DNA of 64,000 nucleotides from a virus (lineage: Duplodnaviria > Caudoviricetes). Both the position numbers and the translations under genes were made by a program. Where the stretch lies: the IMG/VR virus record IMGVR_UViG_2690315780_000002, positions 2,229 through 66,228 of that record; one strand, given 5' to 3'. Shown piece after piece: positions 11,001 to 19,906 of the stretch. The notes under the pieces are model-generated. The model was not told where the DNA came from and searched no databases. It saw only the letters and a program-made list of their open reading frames with translations. Position 1 is the first letter of the stretch. Each line of letters opens with the position of its first letter.

Positions 11001-11290
11001 GTAATCGCACTAAGATCAGAAAGTGCCTGACTATACTTACGAGAAATATTTAAAATGCTACCAATGGATAAACTCACTCCGCCCAACATTGCCAGTCTCC
11101 CTGCGACATTTGTCACCTGATGACCGATTGAATAAAATCCGTCTGCAACCGCTTTTGTTTCACGTTTTGCTTTATTAGAAAAACGTTCTGTTTCACGCCC
11201 TGCATGATTTAATGCGCCGGATATATTGCTTCTAAAACTGGCGTCATTCAGCAATAGCCCAACACGTAAATCGGCTAAATTAGTGGCCAT
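8009..11290 (-). CDS. Tail tape measure protein
   Basis: 1093 aa, Ala-rich helical; TP901-type core (LSAITGAS..GIKASDAGT); lambda-H-like C-term (GLMGEAGSEAIMPL). Confidence 0.92.
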   Translation of the reverse strand: MATNLADLRVGLLLNDASFRSNISGALNHAGRETERFSNKAKRETKAVADGFYSIGHQVTNVAGRLAMLGGVSLSIGSILNISRKYSQALSDLSAITGASIERMKEYRDASLEMGRTTEFGAIKVADAMKLIASAKPSLLQTAGALEEVTAKSITLAQASGIELSDAAKSLTLSLNQFGESAVSSERYINVLAAGAKYGASEINETAQAIIKSGTIASQAGLSFEQLNASIQVLAGKGIKASDAGTMLRNVILALERSADKNLRPSVVGLSTALDNLDKKNYSTTASTKIFGRANVSAGTILVKNRDQLVDLTKALTDTETAYEQASKRADNLNGDLELMATAFEGIALAVGSSADGPLRTGVQNVTSAVNTLTNNFSALADVATYAVLPVIGARMTRGLQDQTKEWVKNEAAVRNSVKQTRISAQATIDSAKAMREQAQQEARRLGTQSVLNRQYGITASYQKEYLALNRQIREADRLESVGKNQLAAANSRVSYSQRALRASSMALKGVFSALGGPVGAAMLAGSAIYYFRNKAVEARNSALNLKDAIVETTEALMLLSRKQLNLKLINTQDELQNIVIERNKMVKELNDARSQAFDQKEMPWTKDLPFAKDWEKEATRLEASVETVNENIKITEAKINNIIDATTRLDKGEKPPEPKEDKPIGDGGSGGGGNDLTSGSKQKVNQYHQLRMQIEQEHATSLERISLSESETMRKLQENLKAGGMKQAEYERLKTLNAENHMKQRAELAEKYSPMRASIRNEQEMTKELKSLFEQQLLTEKEYQYARRQMAQDTTKYRLSEQAKGISLPNISILGEIDPVIQLRNQLEEQKALYQAYYEDGLVSKERYEQLIIAATNKSKEAQYQSSKELYASQGMWQRMQMNLVDAVEQRTANAMTGMLMGTKSFSEGIKEFSSSLASSIISDLIRIAIQAQITNALTGLIGGFAGGSSGTASGAKAGKVGVKANAKGDVYSSPSLSQYSNQVVSSPTLFAFAKGGTPNLGLMGEAGSEAIMPLKRGPDGSLGVRATGSNSVASGDTIIHQTFHVTGNGDEALYQAIQEAARMGAEQGASKAKSDIMRDFQTNGTLRRNLR

Positions 11291-11295
11291 AATTT

Positions 11296-11562
11296 TTATC
11301 TTCCTATCATTTTCATTACGTCAGAACATTGCTGTTCAACAGATTTAGAGGTGGTTGTTGGTTGATGTGGATTTTCAGCAGAGGGAGCTGTATTTGATGG
11401 GGGTGTTGCACCTGATTTTTCTGATTTAAGCGTAAAATAAGCCTGCCAGCCTAACAAGGTATTGGCAGGCAAATTGAGAACGCGATATGGGTCAATTTCC
11501 CCCAGCTCTTCAGAAAGTTGATAAGCAAAATAGAGTAACGGGCTATCCGTTAGTTTTTTTTT
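11296..11562 (-). CDS. Tail assembly chaperone GT extension via programmed -1 frameshift
   Basis: GCA AAA AAA AAC TAA slippery run at 11553-11562; -1 frame reads KLTDSPLLYFAYQLSEELGEIDPY...MIGR* to 11296. Confidence 0.8.
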   Translation of the reverse strand, partial: KKKLTDSPLLYFAYQLSEELGEIDPYRVLNLPANTLLGWQAYFTLKSEKSGATPPSNTAPSAENPHQPTTTSKSVEQQCSDVMKMIGR

Positions 11563-11900
11563 GCCTCTTCTAACGTACCAACAGAGTGTTTTTTCACGAT
11601 ATCAATCGCTTCAATGAGGATCGCATTATCATGGACGTTAACCAACTCTTCTGGTTTTGGCAATAATGTTTTGCTTATCGGTTTACCTTCATCATCAACC
11701 AAGCAATTCAGTAGCATGCTGACATTTTTTAATGATGATTCGCGAAATCTCCCATGTTGATTCAGTTCAGATACATCCATTTCAAGTTGCATCAGTTCAT
11801 TCGCTGTCATACGACGAATATTCACTTTCACACCGCATAAGATTTCCACCTCAATAATCTGCGGCTTAGCGGTGAGTAAAGAGGCTTTTAATCCTTTCAT
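11550..11900 (-). CDS. Tail assembly chaperone (gpG-like)
   Basis: Between tail tube and tape measure; ends EEAKKN* on a slippery sequence; start MKGLKAS after a GGAG RBS. Confidence 0.8.
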   Translation of the reverse strand: MKGLKASLLTAKPQIIEVEILCGVKVNIRRMTANELMQLEMDVSELNQHGRFRESSLKNVSMLLNCLVDDEGKPISKTLLPKPEELVNVHDNAILIEAIDIVKKHSVGTLEEAKKN

Positions 11901-12373
11901 TAACCCTGATCTCCTGTTGATGTTGCAGAAGAAGTTCCCCATACAAGGTTATTTTGTTTGCCTTTTACGGTGATCTGGATAGCTTCGTTAGCCGGTGCTG
12001 AGATATCGTTTAGCTCCCAGCCTGATAACGAAAGGATCATCGTTGCGGTACGTTTATTAGGAAGCTCACAGTAAAACTGCACCGTTTCACGTTTTTCTGC
12101 TGCATTCAAGAATGCAACAAAGTTTTCATTTTCTGGATCATCAATAAACCCTAACGACTTTTCAGGTCCTTCCGGTAAATCAGAAATAAATTGTTTGTTT
12201 TTATCAATGAGTGTCGTGACATCAACAAAGCTCCCTGATTGTCCTGTGGCACCTAATGCCTTACAGTTAACTAGTGGCTTCATTTGTTCAACGGTATCAC
12301 CCGCTTTACCAAATTTCACAATAGTGCCGGCGGGAAGCATGGCGTATTCTGGCGATGTTTTTTGATCTGCCAT
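11900..12373 (-). CDS. Major tail tube protein
   Basis: FVDVTTLID..FISDLPEGPE motif; position. Confidence 0.8.
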   Translation of the reverse strand: MADQKTSPEYAMLPAGTIVKFGKAGDTVEQMKPLVNCKALGATGQSGSFVDVTTLIDKNKQFISDLPEGPEKSLGFIDDPENENFVAFLNAAEKRETVQFYCELPNKRTATMILSLSGWELNDISAPANEAIQITVKGKQNNLVWGTSSATSTGDQG

Positions 12374-12384
12374 TATTTTTACTC

Positions 12385-12789
12385 CTAAGTATATAAAGAA
12401 AGGGCATGGCGAATATGCTCAGTTAAGGTATTGAGCACCGCACGTTGGTTGTAATCGAGGGCTGGACGAATAAAAGGACGGGCAACTTGTTTGATGGTGC
12501 CAAACTCTTGGGCACGCGCTTTCATATAATGAGGTTTTGTCGGTCCTACGGTGACCATGACAGCCCCATTCGTGTTTTTTACTCGTGTCGTTTTGATGGT
12601 GATATTGTCTCGCATATGAGGTTCAGTGCTTTTTGCATCAAACCCTGCATGTGCTTCCATATCCTCTTTCACGACTTGCATGGCTTCTCGCCCTGCATCG
12701 CGTAATATCTTGGTTTTTAATTCAACGTCTAACTGCTTTAATTTCCGACCTAATTCATCCAACCCTGTCACGCTAAGGTTGGTTATCAC
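12385..12789 (-). CDS. HK97 gp10-like tail component
   Basis: VTGLDEL...QEFGT..ARPFIRPALD. Confidence 0.85.
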   Translation of the reverse strand: MITNLSVTGLDELGRKLKQLDVELKTKILRDAGREAMQVVKEDMEAHAGFDAKSTEPHMRDNITIKTTRVKNTNGAVMVTVGPTKPHYMKARAQEFGTIKQVARPFIRPALDYNQRAVLNTLTEHIRHALSLYT

Positions 12790-13175
12790 GTTGCATCCTC
12801 AGGGTAGGTGATAATAAAATCACGATAAATACGGTAAATTTTACGGTTCTCCGTTTGCTCAATCATGTCCTGCAGAAAATTGCCTCGCTGAACGGTTTGT
12901 ATGGGATAATTTCCAATATAACCATGCACAACAGACTCCCATTCGCGACAAAGTTTAGATTCAAGCATCAGCGCTTTGGGATAATCATCAGGTATTTGAA
13001 TAACGATTTGAAAACGGGCTTGAACAAGTGAGGTGTGGGCTAATCCAGCGTCTATCTTGGGGTCGCTAATTCGTTGATAGATAACCCCCTCTAATTTATC
13101 GGATGGGAGTTTTAACGGATAAGCTAACAATCCCGTAATACGTTCCAGATCAGCTTTAATATCAACTTCTATCAT
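12786..13175 (-). CDS. Tail terminator/completion protein (true start probably MIEVDIK)
   Basis: YQRISD..RFQI motifs; the upstream ORF extension overlaps the head-closure gene. Confidence 0.7.
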   Translation of the reverse strand: MIEVDIKADLERITGLLAYPLKLPSDKLEGVIYQRISDPKIDAGLAHTSLVQARFQIVIQIPDDYPKALMLESKLCREWESVVHGYIGNYPIQTVQRGNFLQDMIEQTENRKIYRIYRDFIITYPEDAT

Positions 13176-13497
13176 GTTGTATATTCGCCTCCGTGGTAAT
13201 AATGGTTCTATCAGCCTGGTTTCGGTCAACAGCGCGTACAGTAAATAGTCGCCCCTGATAGCCCACCAGCCACCCCATATCAACATCAGAACGAGGGCGA
13301 ATAGTGAAATGATAGGTTTCAATTACCTGATCTTGGTCTGCGGTACGGATCTTACGGTTCGACATCGATTCGGCTTTGGCCCATACCTCAGCCACTTTCT
13401 TTGAAACGACTTTTTCACTCCCTAAATCATCACGTTCTGTAACATAGTGAGAAAGGGAGATGCGTTTATTGAGTTCACCGGCCCCAAGAGGATTCAT
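13162..13497 (-). CDS. Head closure / head-tail adaptor
   Basis: AGELNKRI...VWAKAE...FTIR motifs. Confidence 0.8.
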   Translation of the reverse strand: MNPLGAGELNKRISLSHYVTERDDLGSEKVVSKKVAEVWAKAESMSNRKIRTADQDQVIETYHFTIRPRSDVDMGWLVGYQGRLFTVRAVDRNQADRTIITTEANIQHDRS

Positions 13498-13813
13498 ATG
13501 CCGTACCTTACATAAGGTTGCAATAGTGCTTCAAAAGCTTGAGGTAATGCGTTAACAGCATTACCAATAACTACCGACTCACGATTTGCATACCAACTGC
13601 CAATAAGTAATAACATAGACATTTCCACATCTCCCCCATACTGTAGCGTAGTATCCTTATTCTCGACGCTTTCATCTGATGTTATTAATGTTCTGCGAGT
13701 GTATGTTTCTACGCGCCGTTTTGCTGCTTTTATATAGCTGAGCAATAACGCATCTTCGTCACAATAATCTATGTCTAATCTGAGATGTTCTTTTACTAAT
13801 TCTAGAGAAAGCA

Positions 13814-13814
<1 letters not shown>
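13494..13814 (-). CDS. Head-tail connector (HK97 gp6-like)
   Basis: LELVKEHLRLD...LLLIGSWYANRE...LLQPY. Confidence 0.88.
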
Positions 13815-14050
<236 letters not shown>

Positions 14051-14093
14051 GTTGCCCCCAAAGAAAAAGCGGTCATGAAGACCGCTCTATCGA

Positions 14094-15257
14094 TTATTCC
14101 CCTGATGTAGGCACGGTGAAATCACCGTAAACAAAGGCTTCCGGACGTTTTACGGCTAACGCCAAACGCTCCTCGCAACGAATTGAGATCATGTTTTTCT
14201 CAAAATCGTCAGTGTTTTCCGTAGAAATCACTACATTGGTTTCTTCACGATCGAATAACTGCGCACCCGCGTTAAATGCCCCTGTTAAGAACTTGCCTTT
14301 AAAGGCCGTTGATTCAGTAGCAACAACAGGTAGACCCCATAAAGTTGGGCCAATTAATGCAGATGGGTTGGCAAGAATGTAACGCCCTAATGAGTCTTTG
14401 GTTAATTCAATTTTCGCCCAATCGATAAAATGCAAAACATGCCCTGTGGCAGGCAGTCGAGCTAATTGCGCTTGTAGCATCGCAAGGCGTAAATCATCAA
14501 TGCCACTTTGCTTTTCGACGCTAAATTCAGGTTTATATTTAGAGGCTTGAGGAATGATGCCATGTAAATGAGCACCAGAGCCGTCACCAAACAAGATTTC
14601 TTGCTCTTCAACAAACTTCAAACCATAACGCATTTCAGCATCGACTAAAGACTGCAGTTGTGCAAAGTCATCTAAGATTTGCTTAGAGGCCTTGAACATA
14701 TGAGCAATGGTGGTTACTGGTGTGATTTTGGTTGCAAATTCAATGTCACTGTAAGGCTTAGTGGTATTTTCTGGTACCACAGAAGCTTTATTCGTAAAGC
14801 CCGTTTGCTGAACCCAAAAAATAGCCGGTGACGTTGTTTTGCCCGGCGCAATCAGATCACGGATAAATAAACGCTGTTTTGGCGCAACATCAATATCAGG
14901 TAAACGTTGAGGCTCAACAACACCTTCAGCCACGCCGGTTGAAATCAATGCAGCTTGTACTGGAATAGAAATGCGTTTACTTGATTGAATACTAGAATTA
15001 ATTTCTTTCAACACATCTGCGGAAATCACTTGTTGTCCAATTGTTTTGGCTGTCTGAACCGCATTATTCAATGGCATTTGTGCTACGTGTTGCTCTAATT
15101 CACCCAATGAAGCTTTGAGTGTTTTTTCAGATTCACGCAATGCATTCAGTTCTGTTGCCATCTTATCTACTGCGGCTTTAGTTTCATTGCTTAAACTACC
15201 GACTTTTTGGGCTTCTTTTAAAGCTTCTTCGGCTTTAGCATTAAATTTGCCATTGGC
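14094..15257 (-). pseudogene. HK97-fold major capsid protein lacking its start (5'-truncated at deletion junction)
   Basis: EQEILFGDGSG..LHGI, GPTLWGLPVV, FEKNMISIRCEERLALAV; upstream of ANGKFNAK the DNA is antisense integrase sequence. Confidence 0.85.
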
Positions 15258-15783
15258 CACTGGATTAAGGCGATCCAATATTATCAATTTAGAGTGGAGT
15301 CAAATTGATATGCAAAGGAAAGTTGCATGGATAAACCCAGAGGATAGCAAATCAGGCCAAGCAATTGGTGTTGCTTTAAATGACACTGCTTGTCAGGTTC
15401 TTAAGGAGCAAATAGGAAACCATCACAAATGGGTATTTGTTCATACTGAATCAAAGAAGAGACCAGACGGAACATTAACGCCAAGCGTTAGAAAAATGCG
15501 AGTTGATTCTAACACAGCATGGAGAGCAGCGTTAAAAAGAGCAGGAATAGAAAACTTCCGCTTTCATGATCTGCGCCACACATGGGCGAGCTGGTTAATT
15601 CAGTCCGGAGTTCCGCTTTCAGTATTACAAGAAATGGGCGGATGGGAATCAGTTGATATGGTTAGAAGGTATGCTCACCTAGCTCCTAATCATTTAACTG
15701 AACATGCAAAGCAAATAGACAGTATTTTTGGCACTTGTGTCCCAAATACGTCCCACTTAAGAAAAGTAGAGAATTTAAAATGA
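15250..15783 (+). pseudogene. int: P22-family tyrosine integrase, C-terminal half only
   Basis: [33 protein letters not shown]; the ORF N-terminus is antisense capsid DNA. Confidence 0.9.
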
Positions 15784-15786
15784 GTG

Positions 15787-15799
15787 TAAGTTATTGATT
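15787..15799 (-). promoter_or_regulatory. IHF binding site in the prophage 1 att arm
   Basis: Reverse complement AATCAATAACTTA fits WATCAANNNNTTR. Confidence 0.75.
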
Positions 15800-15804
15800 T
15801 TAAA

Positions 15805-15850
15805 TGGTACGCCCTACAGGATTCGAACCTGTGACCTACGGCTTAGAAGG
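15805..15850 (-). tRNA. argU: 3' half of tRNA-Arg(UCU) (att duplication, not a full gene)
   Basis: Reverse complement CCTTCTAAGCCGTAGGTCACAGGTTCGAATCCTGTAGGGCGTACCA has the anticodon loop, T arm and CCA; D arm and 5' half absent. Confidence 0.9.
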
Positions 15851-15962
15851 GCGTTATATACTGATTTCATTGAGTTTTATATAATTTCATGAGATTTCAT
15901 CTTTTTGATTTACAAGGATTTATATACCTTGCATGATTTCAGCTAGTTTCATATCATTTCTT

Positions 15963-15988
15963 CGTTACTTGACCCGTTACTTGACCCG
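15963..15988. repeat. Tandem 12-bp direct repeat CGTTACTTGACC x2, probable integrase arm-binding sites
   Basis: Seen directly between att and int; (G/A)TTTCA repeats upstream at 15863-15960. Confidence 0.7.
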
Positions 15989-16015
15989 CAAACAACCTGT
16001 AAATGGAAATTAGTT

Positions 16016-17242
16016 ATGGCTAGCGTATTACTGACTGATAGTAAAATACGAGGACTGAAACCAAAGAAATCTGCGTATTATACTTGGCAAGCATCAGCGA
16101 CTAGAGGCACTGGACGCCTTGGCGTAAAAACATATCCATCTGGAAGAAAAGTTTTCGTCTACCGCTACTTCAAAGATGGAAAAGAGAAATTTATATCGCT
16201 TGGTGATTACCCTAATTTATCACTAGCAGATGCTGCAGCAAAATCCGTAGCAGCTGCTACCGAATCATCATCCCCAGAGAGAATAAAATATGAACACGCC
16301 ACAGTAAAACAGCTTTTTGATGATTACATTGAAGATCAAAAACGACAAGGCAAGCGTTCATATGATAAAACTCAAAACAGACTAAATCAGGTTCTAGATA
16401 GTAAGCATATTGATGCCTCTATGCCTGCAAAAGATGTGACTCCAGATCATATAAAAAGAATACTTTCTGAGTTTATCTCCCGAGGTGCTTTGGCAGGTTC
16501 GAACAAAGTAAGAGCAAACCTACATGCGGTATTCAACTTCGGGTTATTTGCCGATAATGATCCAGCAAAAATAAACGAGCGCGTTATTTATGGATTGGAA
16601 CGAAATCCTGTCACTGTGGTTCCTAGACAAAAAGGTGCAGATAAAGCGTTAGATAGATTTTTATCATGGGATGAGTTGAAGCTATTATTAGAGCTATTCA
16701 ATAAGCCCACCATCGAATGCCCTATTAACTCAGATTATGCGCGTCTATTTCTATTTTGCGTTTATTCCGCAGGACAAAGGCCATGGGAAATTCTGGCCAA
16801 TACTCGCGACAATTGGGATAAAAAGAACAATACATTAACGGTTCCACCTCATATTTCAAAAACAGGCGATTATCATGTCATTCCACTGGTACAGCCTGCT
16901 ATTGATATTCTTAATATCCAAGAACTATTGTATCCAACATCAAATTATCTTTTCCCTGCTGATACTAAAGAAGGACACTTGCTAACGTCTGAATACGCTA
17001 AACAATTAAATAAATTTTGTAAGAAAAATGAGTTTGAGAAATTTACACCTAGAGATGTGAGAAGAACATTCAAAACATTGGCTGGAGAAATGGGAATAAG
17101 TTCTGAGTTAAGGGATATGGTACAAAACCACAAAAGACCAGGAGTTTCTCAAAAGCATTATGATAGATATGATTATTTAAGAGAAAAACGAGAAACGCTT
17201 GATACATGGTGTGAAAAACTATCGTCGCTAAAAGAAGCATAG
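16016..17242 (+). CDS. int: Tyrosine integrase (P4/genomic-island type with arm-binding N-terminus)
   Basis: LTDSKIRGLKP..LGDYPNLSLADA; GQR, PRDVRRT, NH, HYDRYDY. Confidence 0.9.
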   Translation: MASVLLTDSKIRGLKPKKSAYYTWQASATRGTGRLGVKTYPSGRKVFVYRYFKDGKEKFISLGDYPNLSLADAAAKSVAAATESSSPERIKYEHATVKQLFDDYIEDQKRQGKRSYDKTQNRLNQVLDSKHIDASMPAKDVTPDHIKRILSEFISRGALAGSNKVRANLHAVFNFGLFADNDPAKINERVIYGLERNPVTVVPRQKGADKALDRFLSWDELKLLLELFNKPTIECPINSDYARLFLFCVYSAGQRPWEILANTRDNWDKKNNTLTVPPHISKTGDYHVIPLVQPAIDILNIQELLYPTSNYLFPADTKEGHLLTSEYAKQLNKFCKKNEFEKFTPRDVRRTFKTLAGEMGISSELRDMVQNHKRPGVSQKHYDRYDYLREKRETLDTWCEKLSSLKEA

Positions 17243-17307
17243 TATTTATATATCATTTAAATTCCTTATTGTAGGATAGATGTAACCCACAATAAGGAAT
17301 ATTAAAA

Positions 17308-17682
17308 ATGAGAATGACCTCACGCAAAAAAGAGATAATGGAATTATTTAAACCTGACAATCTTGAATGGGTAACGGGTGAAATTGGCGCACCACCTTTC
17401 GACGTTTCAGGTGTAGCTTATATGCTTAAAGGAATGGATTCTTTTAACAAGAAAAGCATTCTCGAATCTACTCGCAGAACATTAGATAGCATGGTAAAAG
17501 ATGGCTTATTAGAGAAGATATCCAGCTATGAAAGACGACAAAACAAACACCATGGCTCAAGTTCATCACCGGGTGTTCGCTGTGTCGTTAGTCGGTATGG
17601 ATTACAAGGAAAGTGTCGTCTTGTGAAATGTGAAAATGACGGAGAGGTCTTTATTGAAGGTAAGTACATCAGAATTGATTAA
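17308..17682 (+). CDS. Hypothetical protein, possibly winged-helix
   Basis: 124-aa ORF with AAGGA RBS; STRRTLDSMVKDGLL. Confidence 0.65.
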   Translation: MRMTSRKKEIMELFKPDNLEWVTGEIGAPPFDVSGVAYMLKGMDSFNKKSILESTRRTLDSMVKDGLLEKISSYERRQNKHHGSSSSPGVRCVVSRYGLQGKCRLVKCENDGEVFIEGKYIRID

Positions 17683-17787
17683 TCCAAACAGCCCATTACA
17701 AAAGACACAAAGAACTTATAATATTACGGCCACTATATACAAAGCTCTTTTCTCAAATGATAAGTTTGTAATAATAAAAAATCTTAT

Positions 17788-17833
17788 CAGGTGCGCCGTA
17801 AAACCCCATCCTTCAGAGCGGGGAGAATGTCAA
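17788..17833 (+). mobile_element. 46-bp IS200/IS605-family (IS609-like) non-autonomous remnant
   Basis: TTAT|CAGGTGCGCCGTAAAACCCCATCCTTCAGAGCGGGGAGAATGTCAA: TTAT target, single subterminal hairpin, TCAA right end. Confidence 0.65.
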
Positions 17834-18072
17834 ATCAATACTAATATTAACTAGTAGCTGTTTGAATTTTAAAATACAATACCATGTCATTTTCCTCTAA
17901 CCTTCGTTCCCCTTCATATTCTTCTAGCACATACAGATGTAGTGTATGCCTACCATATAAAAAGTTTTATTTTAATAGATAAAAAAGTATTTTTATCTAT
18001 AATAGAATAGCCTTGTAACTCTTTGCTTTATAAAAGCTAATTACAAATTATCTATAACGGAGATAAAAAATC

Positions 18073-18369
18073 ATGGGTACGCTAGATTTCATCATCGGGC
18101 ATAAAATAAAACAAAAAAGGACGGAGCTAAAATTAACAGGTAAACAAATGAGCAACAAGCTCGGAATAAGCCAACAACATTACTCTCGGTTAGAAAATGG
18201 AGGTGCGAAAATTACCGTTGAACATTTATTCTCTATCGCATTTATTTTAGGAGTCAAACCTCAAGAACTATTACCTAATTATAATTTTTCAAATGAAAAA
18301 GAGATAATTAAAGCAAAACAATCATTATCAGCAGAAACCATTCTGCCAATAAGGAAAAATAAAATATGA
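18073..18369 (+). CDS. XRE-family HTH regulator, MrpJ-paralog-like
   Basis: IGHKIKQKR...LGISQQHYSRLENG resembles the SQQQFSRYE motif of Proteus MrpJ paralogs. Confidence 0.75.
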   Translation: MGTLDFIIGHKIKQKRTELKLTGKQMSNKLGISQQHYSRLENGGAKITVEHLFSIAFILGVKPQELLPNYNFSNEKEIIKAKQSLSAETILPIRKNKI

Positions 18370-18472
18370 ATCCCATAATTACAGGAAAATATTGTTTTTT
18401 TATTTTGATTAAAAACAATGTGAGCAATTGAGTACATAAAAAGGAATTCGTTGCTCTACATACAAAATACAA

Positions 18473-19891
18473 CTATAAACTTTTGGAAAACACTATTTCT
18501 GGTGCGCTATTGGTGTCCTGATTTTCTTCCTCTTCTTTTTGTCTGCGTTCCTCTTCCGCTTTCTGCGCTTCTTCCATCTCACGCATTCTCACGTTATAGA
18601 TTGATTGCTCTGGCATCTGTACACGAACGGAAATAAAGCGACCGGCTGGAATATCAATCGGATCGCTATCATTGAAGCCGTCAATATCATTACGGGCGAA
18701 TTTAGGCGCATTAGGGTGAGTACGGTGATAGGTTTTAACGAGAATAGAACCGTCCTCATTAACTTCAGAGTCAACCCAAATAAGTGGTTGTTTATTGACA
18801 TCAAGTGGAATCTCAATACCGCCATCAACACCGCCCCAGCCAGCGTCAGCGTTAAAACCTAATACGCCTTCGATGAGATATTCACCCTGCGCTACTCGAG
18901 TAACCGTAGCACCTTCGGATTCGTCGTTAGTTGTGAAAGTGCCGTTAGAATTGATATTGATAATGGGGGAGGCTCTTTTGATGAAACCTTGTGGATCTGT
19001 TGTGGTGTTACCAGTTCCCCATAAAACATTCCAAACTAATGATTCGCCATGTTTCGATGCAATAGTTGGAATACCTTTATCCCCACTATAGAAAATTTTA
19101 GTTGAATTTGTATCATTATATTTTAAATTTATTAATACTCCATATGTACCAAACCAATTGTCATTTTGCCCTCCCCCTTGATGATATGTACCAGTTGGCG
19201 TTAGTGGGTTATTCAAACCTGAACTATCTATATGTATGGTATTCCCCCCTACTCCATAGTCGCCGATTTGCATAAAGGTGCCACTAGAAGTTGGGAGTCT
19301 ATGGATTCCCCAGCTAGAGTTTGGATATAATGATGTTATTCGTGGTCCATCCGCATCGCATTCTAAATTAATGCTAGAACCATCCTTTACCCCACCCAAT
19401 CTACCTTGAAGTGATTGAATTAATCCATTGACAGCTGTGTAACCTAATATTTCCCCACCTTTTTTATCAAATTTATTACTAATATCCCCCTGCATCTTCT
19501 TAATGCTATCGAGAGTGACAACTTCACCGTTCGGCATCTCAATTTTTGTCTGCCCGGTTTCGCTCATCCACGTATTCATCGCATCGAGGAAATATTGCGT
19601 GTATGCATTTATTGCAACCATCGTTCTTGCTGCATCACTATTATTATCCGGCTCAGTAATATGAATTGAGAATGTGGTGTTCGTTGCTGTAGCTAATGCG
19701 GGTTGTGCTAATACTAATTCAGTGTCGGAATTAACGGATTTAATCATATACGGAATATTTGTTGTTCCCGATTTAATTAAAATAGTCATTCCGATATTAA
19801 TGGCTGGATTATTATTTTTAAATTTAGTGCCAGTTCCGCGGACAATAGCAGACCCTGACACTGTGTTAACAGTGCCTGTTGTGTATATCAT
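18473..19891 (-). CDS. Tail fibre protein (prophage 2), close paralog of 333-1700
   Basis: Near-identical protein to the prophage 1 fibre. Confidence 0.85.
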   Translation of the reverse strand: MIYTTGTVNTVSGSAIVRGTGTKFKNNNPAINIGMTILIKSGTTNIPYMIKSVNSDTELVLAQPALATATNTTFSIHITEPDNNSDAARTMVAINAYTQYFLDAMNTWMSETGQTKIEMPNGEVVTLDSIKKMQGDISNKFDKKGGEILGYTAVNGLIQSLQGRLGGVKDGSSINLECDADGPRITSLYPNSSWGIHRLPTSSGTFMQIGDYGVGGNTIHIDSSGLNNPLTPTGTYHQGGGQNDNWFGTYGVLINLKYNDTNSTKIFYSGDKGIPTIASKHGESLVWNVLWGTGNTTTDPQGFIKRASPIININSNGTFTTNDESEGATVTRVAQGEYLIEGVLGFNADAGWGGVDGGIEIPLDVNKQPLIWVDSEVNEDGSILVKTYHRTHPNAPKFARNDIDGFNDSDPIDIPAGRFISVRVQMPEQSIYNVRMREMEEAQKAEEERRQKEEEENQDTNSAPEIVFSKSL

Positions 19892-19906
19892 GATTTATTT
19901 CCTAGC

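Larger units (their letters stand above)
15851..17690. mobile_element. Stub of a second tRNA-Arg-associated island (satellite/GI-type integrase plus one gene)
   Basis: Integrase next to the tRNA fragment, arm-type repeats, no other element genes. Confidence 0.65.

Noticed and set aside
14094-15783. ORF-track calls of a 397-aa capsid and a 222-aa integrase as complete overlapping genes
   Set aside because: Each N-terminus is the antisense of the other gene across a deletion junction.
15805-15850. Functional tRNA gene
   Set aside because: Only the 3' 46 nt are present; the D arm and 5' acceptor strand are missing.
17358-17368. CAATCTTGAAT matches the flagellin junction (63657-63667); possible attL
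   Set aside because: It lies inside an intact ORF (DNLEW), the 7-bp spacer mismatches (TTGAATG vs TTGAATA), and no flagellin sequence flanks it; probably chance in AT-rich DNA.
17834-17854. Flank of the IS605 remnant (ATCAATACTAAT) resembles the flagellin start, suggesting a TnpB/TldR guide against fliC
   Set aside because: There is no tnpB/tldR gene or full omega-RNA scaffold, the match is short with mismatches, and the flagellin site lacks an adjacent TTAT.
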